Positions 62,290-64,000 of a DNA stretch of 64,000 nucleotides are shown piece by piece. The position numbers were made by a program, and so were the translations under genes. Source of the stretch: Fistulifera solaris. Its lineage: Eukaryota. The notes under the pieces were generated by a model, which saw nothing but the letters and a program-made list of their open reading frames with translations, was not told where the DNA came from and searched no databases. The DNA is taken from the NCBI GenBank assembly GCA_030295235.1, contig AP026148.1, positions 620,001 through 684,000 of the forward strand, in the 5' to 3' direction. Each line of letters begins with the position of its first letter. Position 1 is the stretch's first letter.

Positions 62290-63647
62290 TTAAAAGCGCC
62301 AGCCAACTTTCGTGGCCAAGGCGTGACTGGAAATGAAGCGGTTATTCTTCTCTCGCAATGTGGTGTGTTCGTCGTACATCGGACTGGGATTGCGCAAAAT
62401 ATCATGCATAAAGAACCAAGATTTGAGGCCGGCATAGAACATGAAATCGTTCCAGCGGTTGACATCGTCGTCTTCGGTGGTGAACTGAAAGGTATTGCCG
62501 ACACCACCGCATCCGACCCAGCGAGAAGCCATCGCGACATTTTTTTCCGAAGTGTTTCGAACGGCATGCCACCACCACGGTGGAACGAACAAGAGATCAC
62601 CGGGGTTTACTTCGACCTTGTAAGAGGGTAGCCATTTCATTAAAGGATGCAATTTTTCATTGTAGTCGTCTGGGAAAGGAGGAAATGCGAAAGTGGCAGC
62701 TAGGCCAACCGCGGATAAAGGATACAGAAACCAAGTATTTTCCGGATCAATCAAGTACCACGTCTTGGAGCCTTCAAACATGGTGAAGAAATTCCAATTC
62801 GAAGCGCAATGCAAGGGCGTTTTGGTTCCATTTTTCCTACAAACATTTGGCAGTATCCTGGTTTCTTCTTCATGTAAGGCGCAAACTGTTTCATGTTGGC
62901 AGCAATACCGATTTCGGGGTGTTTGTTATATAATGTCTCGCAGTTGACCAAATAAACGCGAGGATCTTCGACTTCCTTCAGTTTGCCGGCGTAGTCTTTG
63001 CCGATATCGGCCCGCGTTAACATCACCTCTTCTTCGCCATACTTCTTGACAATATTATCAAACGAAAACTCTTCCATCTTATCTTTAGTGATTCCTCGTA
63101 AAATACAGGCCCGAGGATTCTTGACAAACTTCTCGTAGAAGTCTTCCGGTGAACCGTTCTTCCAGTCATACTCGGGCAGTTTCAAGAACTTTTCCATTCC
63201 CTCCGGCTTGTCTCTTTTGCACACGTGAAGTATGTATGCGTGCGTGATATTGTAAACAAGGGAGAGGAAAATACGGAAGCCGCACAAGTAAGAGAGTACC
63301 ACTCCAGGTACACCGAAATTACCCCCGATCGTGCCGTTCAAGAACCAGATGATCTTGAGAATGATTTTGGGGGCATAGCCGATATCCACGGCGTGATCTT
63401 GATCTTTGTTGTAGTGTCCGTTGATTCGTGGGGACAGAAATGGCTTGAGACCGCACCATGATACCAACATATATCGAAGACGAATCATACACTGCAAATA
63501 AACGACATGACGACGAGTGCGATCACCCGGGCTCGGGTTGTCGGGCCACAAGAAGAGCCATACTGTGATTATACCAACCGCAGAAGCTGCTATTACTTCC
63601 TTCTTCTCCAAAAGGAGAGACAGCATCGTGTTGAGATGTTCTATCAT
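62290..63647 (-). CDS. JmjC/cupin-8 Fe(II)/2OG-type enzyme, copy 2 (frameshift ~62833), H-x-A motif
   Basis: Collinear close paralog of copy 1; one added A restores GKNGTKTPLHCASNWNFF; identical end KVGWRF*. Confidence 0.85.
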
Positions 63648-64000
63648 GGCTGATTCGTTTTTGTGTGTTGTCCGATTCACTTTGTGTCGTATGAGAAGGT
63701 CTCTATCGGTCCCACTCAAGGTTTTTGAATCGGTAAAAAATGCGGCCCAAATACGAAAATGCGAACAAAGGCGTACATCGCGTGATATTTTTAGACTCCG
63801 AGTAATTGTTGATCAATAGGTGTTATCTTGTCAGAAACAACGATTGGAGTGTTAGCAGTTAAGTAGTGCCGGCGTTTCATAAAGTTTACTATTTACAAGA
63901 TCGATAAATTTAGCACGATGCGTCGTTACGTATAGACACCCGGGAAGGACGTTAAAATTCTGCCTCCCAGTACAAGATTCTACGTAGCGTCCACGACGAG

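Overview
This is gene-dense eukaryotic nuclear DNA, very probably from a pennate diatom. The evidence is short GT-AG introns, bipartite plastid-type presequences, diatom-style HSFs and GTAC-rich intergenic tracts. About 37 protein-coding genes can be modelled, and many are broken by single-base indels in short homopolymers, which most likely are uncorrected long-read errors. Recognisable genes are RRP46, a giant formin, NCA2/DGS1, a SIRT4-class sirtuin, CCT5, two HSFs, PET117, an EamA transporter, a DOMON/Cu-monooxygenase, aspartyl aminopeptidase, heme oxygenase, PP2C, succinyl-CoA ligase alpha, TBCB, a CAD-type ADH, patatin, an HMG-box protein and TPMT. The top candidates for novelty are: (1) two tandem membrane-anchored JmjC proteins whose Fe-ligand motif is H-x-A rather than H-x-D/E (the signature of Fe/2OG halogenases), next to two methyltransferases; (2) a bacterial-type ACT sensor fused to a 2H phosphoesterase, head-to-head with RRP46; (3) a 4-exon gene missed by the ORF track, built from one 35-aa repeat per exon; (4) a formin with WASHC3-like repeats and no polyproline FH1. 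No rRNA, tRNA, CRISPR or clear transposon was seen. All product calls come from motif recognition by eye; no searches were run.
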